A stretch of 64,000 nucleotides of DNA. Source: Blastocystis sp. Blastoise (taxonomy: Eukaryota > Protista > Bigyra: Opalinata). The translations under genes and the position numbers were made by a program. The stretch spans positions 1-64,000 of the forward strand of contig JBBPEB010000006.1 in the NCBI GenBank assembly GCA_039096225.1, written 5' to 3'. Positions 42,317-56,478 of this stretch are shown here, piece by piece. Below the pieces are notes generated by a model. That model ran no database searches. It was not told the origin of the DNA and saw nothing but the letters and a program-made list of their open reading frames with translations. The stretch's first letter is position 1. The number at the start of each line of letters is the position of its first letter.

Positions 42317-45300
42317 TAGAGACTTGCAAAAAAATTCCCGTAAATATTTCGCAAATTGCACTTCTCTAATTGCACTTTTTTTTTGACAGATTTTTAAAAT
42401 TTTCTTTTGCTACATAAAGCCCTGGTCTGTGATCAAATAATATTAAGGACCATTTATATCATCATGAAATCAGTTAAAGCATCTATATGTGAAGAAGCCA
42501 TGTCTTTAGCTGACAAATATAGTTTATCAATTTGTGACATTATTGATATTTTAAATGAATCACAAAACAATAATGTATATATATTCATTCTTACTTTGTT
42601 CTTATTATATATCTATTATTATATTGATGTATAGACAGAAGCTAATGACTCATTTCCAAAAAATATTAATTATGCTTCATATTTAAATAGAACAAACCAT
42701 TTAGGAAGTATAACGAATCTTGCATATTTATATGTCATACCAAATAGTATTGAAATATGGGAAAAAAAAAACATGTAATGCAATGGGAACTTGTTTACTT
42801 TGTGGAAAGGAGATTAAGTGCAATAATAATGGTTCTCTTCAATCATCATCAATAGAAAATCATTTAATGTTCTTACACAACATGGAAAAAGGTATATTTC
42901 GAAAGTATGGAACGATTAATAACTTCTTTAATGGTTTTCAAGCAGAATCGTTATTAAACAAACATAAAGAAAGCATTTTAATGTACTGTAAGAAGCTAAA
43001 TTCAGATATTGAAAGTACTGATGAAGAAATTGTCTATTTAGGTTGTGAGAGAAGTCCAAAAAGACGTCAGATTGAAACGTTATCTACTCCTATATGTTCT
43101 GATAATAACACCGAATTACGATCTCTTGATGATTCTACTCAATCTCTTTATTCTTCTAATCTATCTATATCACGTTCATCATCTTCATATACAAAGGCTG
43201 AAGCACTACGTTTATTATTTATGTGTCAAAACAGATTATCTTTTCAAATTATGGAAAAACCAAATGCATCAGACTATTTAGATTTATTATCATATAGACG
43301 TGCTACAAAAATACTATCTTCAGTATCATGTGATTTATTTAAGCTATTTCAATCTAAACTGGAGTCTGCATTACACTATTGTTTATCTTCTGATATATGG
43401 TCGAGACATAATAGAAAGATAATTTCTTGGAATTACTATTATTATGATATTAGTGGATATCACAGTGGATTATATGCATTACTTCCTATTGATGCTTCTG
43501 ATTCTGAAAGTATACTTAAATCATTGAAATCTATTATTTCTCATCACAGTCCTATTGCAGTAACTACTGATAGAGGTACAGGATATACATCAGCATTATC
43601 TGGATCTAATTCGAGTATTCTCAAAATAGATTGCTTTTCTCACTTCCTTAATACTTTATATACTCATGGTATATCCAAAAAAAGTACTAAATCATTATTT
43701 GAATGTATTAGATCATTAATACGAGAAATTAGGAAGAAGTCTAATTTTGAATGTTTCAGTAATTGTATTGAGTCAATTACTGGTTCGAAGCCAATAAAGC
43801 CAACATTAGATTGCCCTACTCGATTCTATAGCATTCTTCAACCACTTGAATGGATATATAAATATGGTACATATGCAGTGTTATTCCTTAATCATTTGAA
43901 AAAGAAGAAAGCTTATGATATATCTATAATAACTGAGTTTGTTGCATTTATTCCATATATGTTTGCTCTGAACAAAAGCCATCTTATTCTTAGTTGTTTT
44001 TCATATCCTACTGCTCATTTAGTCTTACCCTTTATATCTTCCCTGAAAAATATTTTTGATCAAAATCCAAGCGATTACTTAGGATATGAAACAAAGCCAT
44101 TAGTTTGCATTAATGAATTTGTAAACAGTATTCGCAACGATTTGAATAAGATTGGAAAACCAAATTTCTATTATAATAAAAAGCAGCTGGATTTTTTGGC
44201 ATGTTCAAGTTCAATGTATATTTATCTAGATAAACTACTGGAATCTAACTGTTATAATGATGTAGATGATAGTTTTTACAATAGAGATATAAAAGAATGG
44301 AAATCTATATTTATTACATATCTATCAAAAGAGTGTCCAAATGATAAAAAGGAAATTGTTAATATCATTGACTCATTAAGTAATGGATGTAGGGGAATAG
44401 GAACAATCCCATCTATTTCAAAGATATTATCATGTTCAATTGAAAGAAGGGACTCTGAATATATTGGGTTGATAAAAGAAGCCATTGATTGCTTCTTTAT
44501 GTATGATATAGCAAATCATAAAGATTTTATGATTATGTATAAGAAGTCAACATTATTTAGTATTTCAATAACAAATAATGAGTTAGGTGGTGTTGGTAAT
44601 AAATATTTAAATAAAGCTATAATTGATGGTACTGTTTTAAATGACAGTAATGAAAATAGTTGTAATGAATATTATGAAGAAAGTGATTCAATGTGTGACT
44701 ACTTAAAGTGCTCACTTATATCATCTTCAGAAGAGTCCTGTGATGAATTTGTGAATAATAAATGTAGTTCTACTAATGATAGTTGTTATCTATTTTCTAT
44801 TTCAAAGAATTCCATATTTGAAACAGAAAAAACCTTTAGTGTACATTCTGATTTAATGAATTATTATTCATTTGAACTTTACTTCAATAAGAATTTCTAT
44901 AATAGTAAACTAATATTTTATTTATCAAAGTTTCTATCTCCTTCTGCAACAGAAATAGGAGATGAACGAATTTTTAATTATTGTGGTCTACTAGATAATG
45001 GGAAAAATACAAATATGAAAACAGAGAAGTTTTGCAACATTGTTTATGTTAATAAGAACTTCGAATCAGTTCAGATGTTGACCAAGAATAAAAAGAAATA
45101 GTAAATTCTGTATTTTCTTTTGCTAATATTAATATATGTATGCTTTTTAAATTCTATTATAATAACCATTTTTGTTATTCAATGTTAAAATAATTATAAA
45201 ATATTTTTTTTTATTTAAAAAGACTACATTTGCATGTGTTAATTCATCCAAAAAATGTGTAAGCGTTTCGGTTCTTTCTTTTATAATTCACTAGAAAACA

Positions 45301-45439
45301 CTTCTTTAGACTTATTTAGCAAGGTTTCACTTGAAAAAGCTTATTTAAACTACCCAATTGTGGCAAAAGTTGAAAAATTGCACTTTTTTTTTTATGACCC
45401 TAAAAATTGCACTTTTTACCAAGGAATGTCAAGTCTCTA
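42317..45439 (+). mobile_element. hAT-superfamily DNA transposon, 3,123 bp, both ends present
   Basis: TIR TAGAGACTTG (42317-42326) / CAAGTCTCTA (45430-45439); perfect 8-bp TSD CAATTTGA at 42309-42316 and 45440-45447; subterminal AATTGCACTT repeats at both ends; internal transposase. Confidence 0.97.
42464..45101 (+). CDS. hAT transposase with BED zinc finger
   Basis: CLLC..HLMFLH (BED finger), LSSDIWS (D), VTTDRG (D), CFSHFLN (CxxH), PTRFYS, PSATEIGDERIFNYCG (E). Likely ATG 42464 and intron 42575-42634; one extra A in the A10 run at 42762-42771 shifts the frame. Confidence 0.92.
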
Positions 45440-48400
45440 CAATTTGATCACCTAATTTCAATTTATCAATATTCACTTTCTTATTCATTAAAGAATCAAT
45501 TAATAAAGGAAAAAGTGTTTCATCATAAGGATAATCTAAATAAGCTTCACCATCAACAGTTTTTTTATCATCTTGACATTGTTCATATAAATATGTTCCT
45601 ACTAAACTATTTGTTACTCTTTTAGGAAGAGAATAAACTGGACCATTACTTGTAAATCGAATATAATCAATTCCGTTATCATTATTATTCATAGTAGAAT
45701 CATTTTCATTCAGAAAAGAAGATTCTTGGATAATTAATTTTGGATCATCACCATTCTTATCATTCATTCCTTCACAATTTCTTGTTAATCGATTCACTAA
45801 TTCATTCACGGACTCACCTGAATGAATACAGAAACTTATTGACTTACTTAAAATACCAATCAAATCACCAATCAGTCTTTCAAAATGAATTACATCCTTC
45901 TGAACATCACCCATCTTATTCGCATCAAATTCTACCTTCTCTTTCACCATTCTTAACAATATAAGGAATAAAAGAATAATGAAAACTTTTTAAAAACTAT
46001 TTTTCTATCAAGCAAAGGAAAGAATTGCTCAAAAGTTATAGTTTTTTCTACGTTAAAGAATGACGAACTCATTTTTCTTATGTTTATTTGTTATTTTACA
46101 CTCCTCTTTTTTAATCAATTTTTGTGTCAGTATTTTACATATTCATATACAATTCATTTTTATATATTTTATTTTAGTTTTTATTTCATAAATATTATTT
46201 ATTTTATACTATTTATATTTCTTTTATTCAATCAAATCAATATGGATTCATTGATTCAGTTATAAACATACATAAAACACTTTTTATTGATTATTTGGTT
46301 ATGAAGAATAGTTTAATTCTCAATTTTGACTTTCATTTTGAATTTATGATGATATTATCTACTCATAATTAATTAAATAAGAAAATATATTCAATAACGA
46401 AGAGAAATGGTGATTTACTATGGATTCTAAGGATATTTCATACTGTAAACACTTTTTTCTAAGTATTTATGATCATTATTCACGAATAGCAACCAATTTA
46501 TTTCATTTTGAAGATAGAAAAAAATCGATATTAAATACACTCATCCATAATCAATCAATATTATTCATTCATTTGACTTATTAAGTATATTATTCATCAT
46601 TTTCATTTGATATTTTGATATTTTCTGACAATTCTAAACATTAAAGAAGCTAATTCACAGTAATAAAGCTAAAAGATAATATTAATTATCTTCATAAGCA
46701 TTTAACTACGCTGTAAATTCAATTAAAAGCACTTATTCTTCATTAAAACTTTGATTATCGAAATTAAATTACAACCAAAATCAAATTCTATATCATAAAT
46801 AATCTAGCGCAAACCTAAAATATCAGCACATATATTTTCATATGCTTATACATTAAAATAAGATCAAAATAACACAAAATGATAGACAATTTGAAATATT
46901 TTCATTATTTTTATTTATTACCTTGATATTTTATAATAATCGTAAATATTTTCATAAATCTCTTTTTTATCAATTCACGACTATTTTCATTTTATTACTT
47001 TTATTTGATAATTAATCGTGATTTCTAAAGATAATTTATTTTTTTATTTACTTACTTTATTACACATTTATTATTCGTTATTAGTGATAATTATCTATTG
47101 AAATATTTCTAATAATGATGATTGATAAGAAAATTGTTAAAATAACTTAAAATAACAACAAAATGGTGATTCTTTGTTCAATTAGCTATAGTAAGAAATC
47201 TATTGTTGTTTAATTATTAATCAGAATGTCCTGAATATTATAAACCAATATAAATCACTTCTAAATATCTTCTTTTATTTACATTTTGGTTTCAAATCTT
47301 CTTCATATGATTTATTTAAATATCAATTCATATTCAGTATTATTCAAATCTCTATAATTAACGTGAATCACTGATCTAAATCATGATTGTAGTATTTCTT
47401 TAGATAATCATTCCAATTATATCCTAAATCTGATATTTATTATACATCTTTTATATTCATGCTATTATTCTCTATTCATTCAATAAAAATTTGTTTTCTT
47501 CAATTTCAATATCCTTCTAGTTATTTCAAAAATCATTATTTTCTTCTATTTATATCTTCTAAGAATTCTTTACACAAAATATTTTATGTTCCTTATAATA
47601 ATTATGTAAATTAGTCAATTATCTCCATCCAAATAGCTATTATCAATTATTTTTTTACTATTTTCAACAACACATTATTCTCAATGATTCTTATATATAT
47701 TTACCCTATTCATTAATAAATTAAATATAATTATCTCTTAACAGACACTATTTCTTGATTATTTTCTTATTCTATAAATATGAATTAAATAATTAATAAA
47801 CTACCTGATTTATTATAATAACATATAAAAGAAATAGAATTATAACAATTTACCTATGTATTATGTATCTCAATTATATAATATATATAATGTATAACAT
47901 ATATTCAATATCTATAACATATATAACATTTTCTTTGATTACATACTATACTATATTTTATATCCTATTTATTAATATATTTAATTATACATATAATAAC
48001 AACTATTGGCGACTAAACAATTTAAAAAAGAAAAGTATAATTCAATAACCTATATAAATATCTAATTATCTCCATTTTATATAATTTCAAAAATACATTT
48101 TATGGATTTTTCTTGTATATTTCAGGTTTTTCACGGGTATAATAAAACACGAAAAATTATAATCTTACAAAAATAACTGGTAAAATTTTTTACAGGATAC
48201 ATTAAAAATTAATAATAAAACAATGCTAAAAAATTATATAATTATAAATATACATAATAATACATCAGCAAAGATTAATAAAATAGAAATACATAATAGT
48301 TATCAACATCTAATAATTAGCTTTTTTTCTTCATCTTTTGTTAAAAGTGATAATTACGAGAAATAATAGATCAAAATATTCAATCAACGAACTGCTACAA

Positions 48401-49034
48401 CTTAAAGACTCAACGGCAAAGAGAAAATGCTATATATAGTGGAAATATTTATTTACTAAAAACGAATATACACATTATAAAATAATATGAACACAATATT
48501 ACTACCATAATAGCTCAGATAGAGTATAATGATAGATTTCAATATGAATATAATAATATACAAAGAAAAATTTTAAAATAGACTTCTAATACCAATCTAG
48601 CAGTAAATAAAAGACGAAATACGCCAAAACCAAATCATAAATGAAGCAGCTCGATATCCTATCTACTACAGCGAACAATTATTTGGAACTATTTTCCCGG
48701 CATTTCAATAATTGCCAATTGCTAGTATTTTTTATTCTTTTATGACTACAGCATCACTAATAGAAATATTGAAATCAGTGATATATTACATATTACAGTT
48801 TTAATGAAGTAATGAAAAAATAATAAAAACTGAAAAAATACTATTTCGAGTTTTTAAAAAACTCTTTTTCTAAACCACTTTTTCGGAAGGTATAACTTTT
48901 ACAGAAAAATTATTTGCTGATTTCAAAAATTAGCCAATTGAAACTATTAACTAAACCATTCTACCTAATAGTCTATTTTGCATATATTTTTTTTGACAGA
49001 ATTCATTTTATTTATTCACTATAGATAATTAACT

Positions 49035-52000
49035 ATGAACTCATTCATTGTTTGCTTATTTATTGCTTTAGGTATTTATGATAATATGATCCTATATAAC
49101 TGTTTTTATAGCTGTTGCTCAAACATGTACATCTCCCAAGATGACTGTCAACCTTAGAAGAACTTACAAGGGTTCTGCTACTCAAGAAGGTGTTCAGATT
49201 TGGCAAGGTAATTACCAAACTGGTACCTTAATTGGTGAATGGGATGGTAATGGAAAGGATTATACTGTTCAAACTTATTCTCTTTGCTTATCTTCTACTT
49301 TACATACCCTTGTTGCTACTGATGGGTATATATTATTATTTATATAAGCGTTTAATAATGTTTTTTATTTAAATAAATTTTATCAATATTTTTTATTTAG
49401 TGCTAAGAATGGTTGGACTGATGGTTCTATTTTTGAAATTGTTACTAGATCTGGTGTTGTTATTCTTAAGGGTACACTTGATAGTTATCAACAAAAATTA
49501 TTCACTTTCTATCGTATGTTTTTTTTAAAAACAAATTTTATTTTTAATTCACCAAATAATCTCCTTTTTCTTTAGCTGCTTTTACTATAAAATCTACTGA
49601 TTCTTGGAAATATTCTGCTGTCGCTCAAAGTGATAATCAATGGGCTGCTTCTGGTTTTGCTGATTCTACTTGGACTTCTTACGCTCCTGGTGCTTTCCCT
49701 GAAGTTTCTTCTATTACTAGATATTTCCGTACTACTGCTACTGTTCCTTCTAATAAGAATAGTTTTGCTCTTGTAGATTGTGGTGTTTTTACTAAAGATG
49801 GTGTTGCTATTTATATTAATGGTCAAGAAGTATATCGTCGTAATATTCCTACTGGTGCTTCTGGTAGTACTCCTGCTACTACTGTTGATGCTGTATCTGC
49901 TTACAGACGTGTCACTTTCCCAGTTACTTCTTCTTTCCTTTCTGGTTCTACTGTTACTATGGCTGTTGAAGTTCATGGTGCTTCTGCTACTCCTGTTGCT
50001 GAAGATTTTAAGGGTATTTTAGTCTTTGTCTATGGTCCTACTGTTGCTCGTAATATCGATTATACTACTAATGCTGAAAGACCTGCTGATTATGCTCCAG
50101 AACCTGTTGCTAATGCTTTTGATGGTGATATTCAAACTAAATGGTTTATTAACCCTCTTCCTATTTGGGGTGAAATGAGATTCAATAATGGTAGAAGAGA
50201 ATGGATTAATAGATATTCTATTACTCCTGGTAATTATGATGTTAATCGTAGACCTACTTCTTGGAAAATCTTTGGTTCTAATGATGGTACTAATTATGAT
50301 CTTCTTGATTCTAGATCAAATAACAATTGGGAAGGTTGGAGACTTGGTGTTACTTTTGAAATGAATACTAATCAAAAATCATATGAAATTTATAGAATTC
50401 AAATTTTAACTTCTGGTGATTTTTATTGTGAGGTTGCTGAAATTCAGTTCTATGCTACTACTAATGCTTATGAAACTCCTTCTCTTTCTTATGGTACTAC
50501 TACCGTAAGTCTTATTGCTAATATGGATAGTAAACAATTAACTCCTACTCAAAATGGTTTCCAAAATTTTATTATTACTCCTTCTCTTCCTGCTGATGTA
50601 GGTGCTACTTTTGATCCTGTTACTGGTGCTATTACTCTTATTCCTACTGCTGTTATTACTGCTACTCAATATCAAATTACTGCTTCTCATGTTGTTACTG
50701 GACAAAGCTATACTACTACTGTTATTATTAGTGCTACTCTTTGTCTTTCTCCTAATATTCGTTTCAATTTATTCCAACGTGTTGGTAAGGCTGGTACTAC
50801 TTCTGGTGATGCTGAAACTGTTTCTGTCTTCAATTCTGCTGGTACTCAAATTTTCACTTCATCTCTTAGACCTACTGATTATACTGATTATAATGAAAAA
50901 ACCTATAAATTCTGTCAAGCACCTGGTATTTATGTTTTTAAATTAACTGCTGCTACTTCTGCTGGTTTCTCTACTGCTTCTTATGTTTCTGTTGATATTT
51001 ACAGAGCTGATGGTTCTAAATTAGTTGCTTCTAGAAGAAAACTTCTTAATAAGAGTAGTGATTCTTTCAATGAAGATATTTCTTTCAATTTACCTACATC
51101 TACTAAGATTTTAACTGGTGTTACTTCTATTCCTGCTGGTTGGAATACTCTTTCTTTTGCTGATTCTGCTTGGGCTACTTATGTTAGTGAACCTGCTATG
51201 ACATCGACTAGTAGAATTGTTCTTGTTAGAAGTATTTTTACTGTTACTCCTTCTGCTGATACTCAAGGTTGGGAACTTAATTATAGAACTAATGCTGGTA
51301 CTATTGTTTATTTAGATGGTACAGAAATTATTCGTTTCCAAACTACTGAACCTGCTGGTACTACTCTTTCTACTACTTCTACTGCTAGTGCTAGTGACTA
51401 TTCTTATGTTTGGAGAACTTTAACTGGTGTTATGTCTCAATTAACTTCTGGTTCTCATGTTTTCAGTATTGCTATGATTGCTAAATATGATTCTTTTGCT
51501 ACTGATCCTATTAGTTATGATTGTTTCCTTCGTTTCTTAGCTGATTCTAATACTAATTCTAGAACATGGAATATGGATAGCAAGCAATCTTCTGTTGTTT
51601 GGGATGATTCTAAAGCTGGCAAATTATTTGATTCTAATTATATTACTCGTTTTGCTACTTGGTTTAGAGCTTCTAATCCTGCTCCTCAATGGGGTGCTGG
51701 TAAGCTTTGGAGTTGGTCTTTTGAAGTATTTAATAAATATTGTATTGTAAGTGGTTGGGATGCTCCTCAACATGATCCTAAGAAAATTACTCTTTCTGCT
51801 TCTACTGGTAGTTGGGATGAAATTGCTTTTGATGTTCTCGATACTCAAGAAAATATTGTATTTAATGGAAGATCTCAACGTATTTGTTTCTATATGCCTA
51901 CTGTTACTAAAGCTTATAATATTTTCAAGATTTCTACTCTTGAAACTAATGTTGCTCCTCCTGATAATGATAGATTTTATCTTGCTGAATTAGAATTCTA

Positions 52001-55000
52001 TTTAATTGATTTCAATAAACTTACTATTCCTCCTCTTGATTATTCTGCTTCTTCTGTTACTGGTTATACTAATTCTCAAATTACTTCTTTATATCCTACT
52101 TCTGAATATTATAGACAATTTACTACTACTCCTGCTCTTCCTGCTGGTATAACTCTTTCTGCTTCTACTGGTATTATTTCTGGTACTCCTACTGCTCCTT
52201 CTTCTGGTACTTATACTATTTCTGCTACTGGTATTACTGGTACTGCTACTACTGTTAGTGTTACTATTACTATTCAAAAATGTACTTTACCTAATGTTTT
52301 CTTTAAGATAGTTTTCACTGGTATGGATGATGGTAATGCTTATCAAGATAGTTTCTCTCTTAATAATATGGCTGGACAAGTTGTTGATAAATTAGATGCT
52401 TTCCCTAATTATTTAATTACTGGTTTAACTCGTGGTTATTGTCAACCTTCTGGTGCTTATTCTCTTATTTTAAAGGATTCTTTCAGAGATGGTTGGGGTA
52501 ATGCTAAGGTTACTGTATATGGTTCTGATGAAAGTGTTATTCTTCAAGATACTCTTCTTTCTGGTGAATCTCCTAAGACTTTATATATTAATGTTGGCTA
52601 TTTAGTTGCTTTTGGTCAAAGTTCTTGGAAGTATACTTCTACTGTTCAAGCTGGTACTGCTTGGGCTGCTACTACTTTCAGTGATGCTACTTGGTCTACT
52701 GCTCAAGCTGGTTCTTTCACTGGTTTGACTGGTACTACTGTTTATTATAGAACTTCTTTTACTGTTAATAATCTTGAACAATTCTCTCTTTATGAATTAT
52801 CTCTTAAGATTAAGTCTGGTGTTATTGCTTATATTAATGGTAAAGAAGTTTATAGATATGCTGTTCCCACTACTGGTGTTACTTCTTCTACTCTAGCTAC
52901 TAGTGTATTTGCTAATGTAACTACTGTTACTTCTTCTGAATCTGCTCAATATGGTAGTTTAGTTGCTGGTCAAAACGTTTTAGCTGTTGAGATTCATAGA
53001 TATAGTGATGTACAAGAAACTACTTTTGATGCTCAAGTTGTTCTTCAATTAACTGGTGCTAACAGAGTTTCTGGTGGTAGTGTTAAGACTAATGTTCCTG
53101 GATATAATACTGATCAATATCATGAAACTGAAGATATGGCTTTTGATGGAAATATTAATACTCGATATTATGGTAAGGGCTGTGGTCAATCTATTTGGTT
53201 AGAATATATTTATAATTATAATTGTAAAGAATATGTTTCTTCTGTTTCTGTTTCTCGTGCTTCTAATGGTAATCGTCAACCAACTGCTTTCATTTTATCT
53301 GCTTCTAATGATGGTATTAACTATATTACTCTTACTGGTGATTTCAATATGACTTTTGGTGATTATATATCTTCTGCTGGTACTAGAACATATGATTTCT
53401 TTAATAAGGTGGCTTATAATAGATATAGATTCACTTTTGATATTCGTTCTTGTTCTGAAGGTGTAGAAATTGCTGAATTAGCACTTACATCTAAGAGAAT
53501 TGGTACTACTTGTCCTGCTGAAGGTACTTATAGTGAAACTATTGAAGGTGGCTATTCATTCCAAGAATGTCCTACTGGTTATACTGGTATTCAAAGAAGA
53601 TTATGTAATGATGGTGTATTTGGTGATGTTGAATTCTTTTGTACTGTCGTTGCTCCGATAGACCTTTCTTATACTGCTTCTCCCTTTATTTATCATAAAA
53701 ATATACCTGTTTCTCTTTCTCCTATTATAGTTGGTGCTGAATTGACATATACTATTGATCCAGCTCTTCCTAATGGTCTTACTATTAATCCTACTACTGG
53801 TATAATTTCTGGTACACCTACTACTTATTCTGATATTACTACTTATACTATTACTGCTACGAATACAGCAGGTTCTGTTTCTACTACTATCATGATTTTT
53901 ATAGATTTAGTTTTATGTACTTCTGAAGATAATTGGCCTCTTACTGAAATTGGTCAAGAAGCTTCATTACCTTGTGAAGATCCTATTAATTATGAAGGAT
54001 CAAGAACAAGATCTTGTCAACCTGGTTATCCTGCTATTTGGGATTCTGTTATTAATAATTGTGAATTAAGAATGCCAAGTATAATATATACAGTACCTAC
54101 AACAATTGGATATAAGAATGTTCCTATTACACCTAATACTGCTCTTATTACTGGAAGTAATTTAAATTCTCTTACTATATCTCCTTCTCTTCCTGATGGA
54201 TTATTATTTAATCCTACTACTGGATTAATTTATGGTACACCCAAAACTTCTTCTTCTAATACTTATACTATTACTGTATCTAATTCAAGAGGAGAATCAA
54301 CTGCTACTATTACTATTATTATTAGTATTATTTCATGTGTTGCTGAAAATGGTTGGTCTGCTACAGAAATTGGCCAACAAATCACATTACCTTGTGAAGA
54401 TCCTATTAATTATGAAGGATTTAGAACAAGATTATGTAAACTTGAATATCCTGCTATTTGGGATACTGTTATTAATAATTGTGAATTAAAGAATCCTTCA
54501 ATTTCTTATAATACTAATGAGATTATTGGATATAAAAATATTGCTATTACTCCAATTATGGCTTCTATTACAGGTGGTAATTTGAATCCTATTACTATAT
54601 CTCCTTCTCTTCCTGATGGATTATCATTTAATCCTACTACTGGATTAATTTATGGTATTCCTACTTCTGCTTCTTCTAATAGTTATACTATTACTATTTC
54701 TAATTCAAGAGGAGAATCTACTGCTACTATTACTATTATTATTAGTATTATTTCATGTGTTGCTGAAAATGGTTGGTCTATGACTGAAATTGGTAACCAA
54801 ATTACTTTACCTTGTGAAGATCCTATTAATTATGAAGGATTTAGAACTAGATTATGTAAACTTGAATATCCTGCTGTTTGGGATACTGTTATTAATAATT
54901 GTGAATTAAAGAATCCTACCATTTCTTATAATACAAATACTATTATTGGATATAAGAATGATATTATTACTCCAATTATGGCTTCTATTACAGGTGGTAA

Positions 55001-55886
55001 TTTGAATCCTTTTACAATATCTCCTTCTCTTCCTGATGGATTAATATTTAATACTCAAAATGGTTTTATATATGGTATTCCTACTTCTGCTTCTTCTAAT
55101 ACTTATACTATTACTGTTTCTAATTCAAGAGGAGAATCTACTGCTACTATTACTATTACGATAAGTATTGTCTATTGTCCTTCTGATGATATTTGGCCTA
55201 TTACAGAAAGAGGTATAACTGCTTATATTGAATGTCCTTTAGGTCAGTCAGGTATTCAAAGTCGTGTTTGTCAAAATACAGGTGTTGGTACTGCTTCTTG
55301 GCAAATTGCTGATAATTCTGAATGTTATGTATTTGCTGCCAGCGAAAATCCAGGTGATAATAAAGTATTTATTGATATTCCTATAAAACTTGAAGGATTA
55401 ACTGAAACTGCTTTTAATACTCCTTCTACTACTGAAACCTTTAGAACACTTATAGTTCAATCTCTTACTAGTTATTCTATTCCTTCATCTGCTGTAAAGA
55501 TTATTAGTGTTTCTAGTATATCTACTTATACTGATGGTGTTTCAGTTAATGTAAGAATAACTGCTAATCAAGCTGATGAAGATAATATAAAGAATGATAT
55601 AAATACACTATTTACTGGTATTGATTCTATTCTTCTTAAAGCATGTAAAACAAGTAATGATTCTAATCTTCAAAATATTACTAATACTTCAATTAATGGA
55701 AAAATAGTATCAACAGGTAATTCTCTTTCAATTACAACAATTATTCTTATTGTTGTTATTGTAGTTCTTATTGTACTTTTGATATTATTATTTGTTCTAA
55801 AAAATATAAAGAAAGAAAAGAAATTACAACCTCACAAAAAAATAGAAGTTGAAACTGTAAAAGTTGAAAAACCTGTTACGTTATAA
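49035..55886 (+). CDS. Large type-I membrane surface protein (~2,224 aa): discoidin/F5-8-like domains, putative Ig (He_PIG-like) repeats, Cys-rich modules, C-terminal TM
   Basis: Exons 49035-49071, 49112-49325, 49401-49513 and 49576-55886 splice in frame. Signal peptide MNSFIVCLFIALAVA; NAFDGDIQTKW..PTSWKIFGSNDG; LPxGLxxNPTTGxIxGTPT; hydrophobic TM IILIVVIVVLIVLLILLFVL followed by a Lys-rich tail. Confidence 0.93.
53916..55175 (+). repeat. Three tandem 420-bp (140-aa) coding repeats, Cys module plus Ig-like module
   Basis: Units start at 53916, 54336 and 54756, each with LPCEDPINYEGxRTR and LPDGLxFN. Confidence 0.95.
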
Positions 55887-56478
55887 TGCTTTTGTTTATA
55901 ATTTCATATATATATATATTATTATTTTTTAATAATTATTCATGATTAATATAATGATAATTTTTTATTGGTTTTGTTATATAATAGTCATATTAAACAT
56001 TGATAAAAGTATAGTGAGTTACTTACTTTTCATATAACTATTCATATTATTTAAATATTTATTTTTAAATATTTTTTAATAAAAATGATTTTTAGTACAG
56101 TGTCTTTCAAAATGATATTTTTTTCTGCGGTACAATTATCATACAAAATGTGACACTTTATTAAATTTTTGATGATGAAAATTTTTTACATTTTCTATAT
56201 AAAGTAATCTACAGTAGTTTTTTATGACAATCACAACAAGTGCTACAAAATGTTTGGAAATTTTTATCTATTTGTTATGATTGAAAAAATAATGTATTAA
56301 TTATATTGATTATCTTTTATTATTATAATCATATTTAAGAAGCAATTAACAAAACCATTTTATATATTAAATCCATTAAGAAAATACTAAGATATATGTA
56401 TATAATAAAAAAACTTTTTTCAATAAAGAAAAGAAAACAATATAAATATATAAACACATAATAATGTATTATCCTATT

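Larger units (their letters stand above)
41252..45950 (-). pseudogene. BTB-like plus TLDc domain gene interrupted by a hAT transposon
   Basis: Removing 42317-45439 and one TSD joins ...KLKLGDQI to DLLRMFEYCNLPIP... in frame. TLDc motifs WKLLFRASEH, FGGYTDQDWES, YGPTFG, EDYEVW; introns at 41760-41797 and 41563-41607; TAA at 41252-41254. Confidence 0.88.

Noticed and set aside
43045-45964. Small ORFs overlapping the transposase, its right end and the TLDc 5' part
   Set aside because: Alternate-frame or antisense shadows with no recognisable motifs.
46240-47720. Possible gene remnants between the TLDc gene and the surface-protein gene
   Set aside because: Only short stop-riddled frames; no product or boundaries supportable.
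49572-54489. Overlapping short ORFs within the surface-protein gene
   Set aside because: Shadow frames caused by strong NNT codon bias.
55880-55905. Blastocystis-type stop codon created by polyadenylation
   Set aside because: The gene has a genomic TAA and the downstream TTTGTTT is only a partial match to TGTTTGTT.
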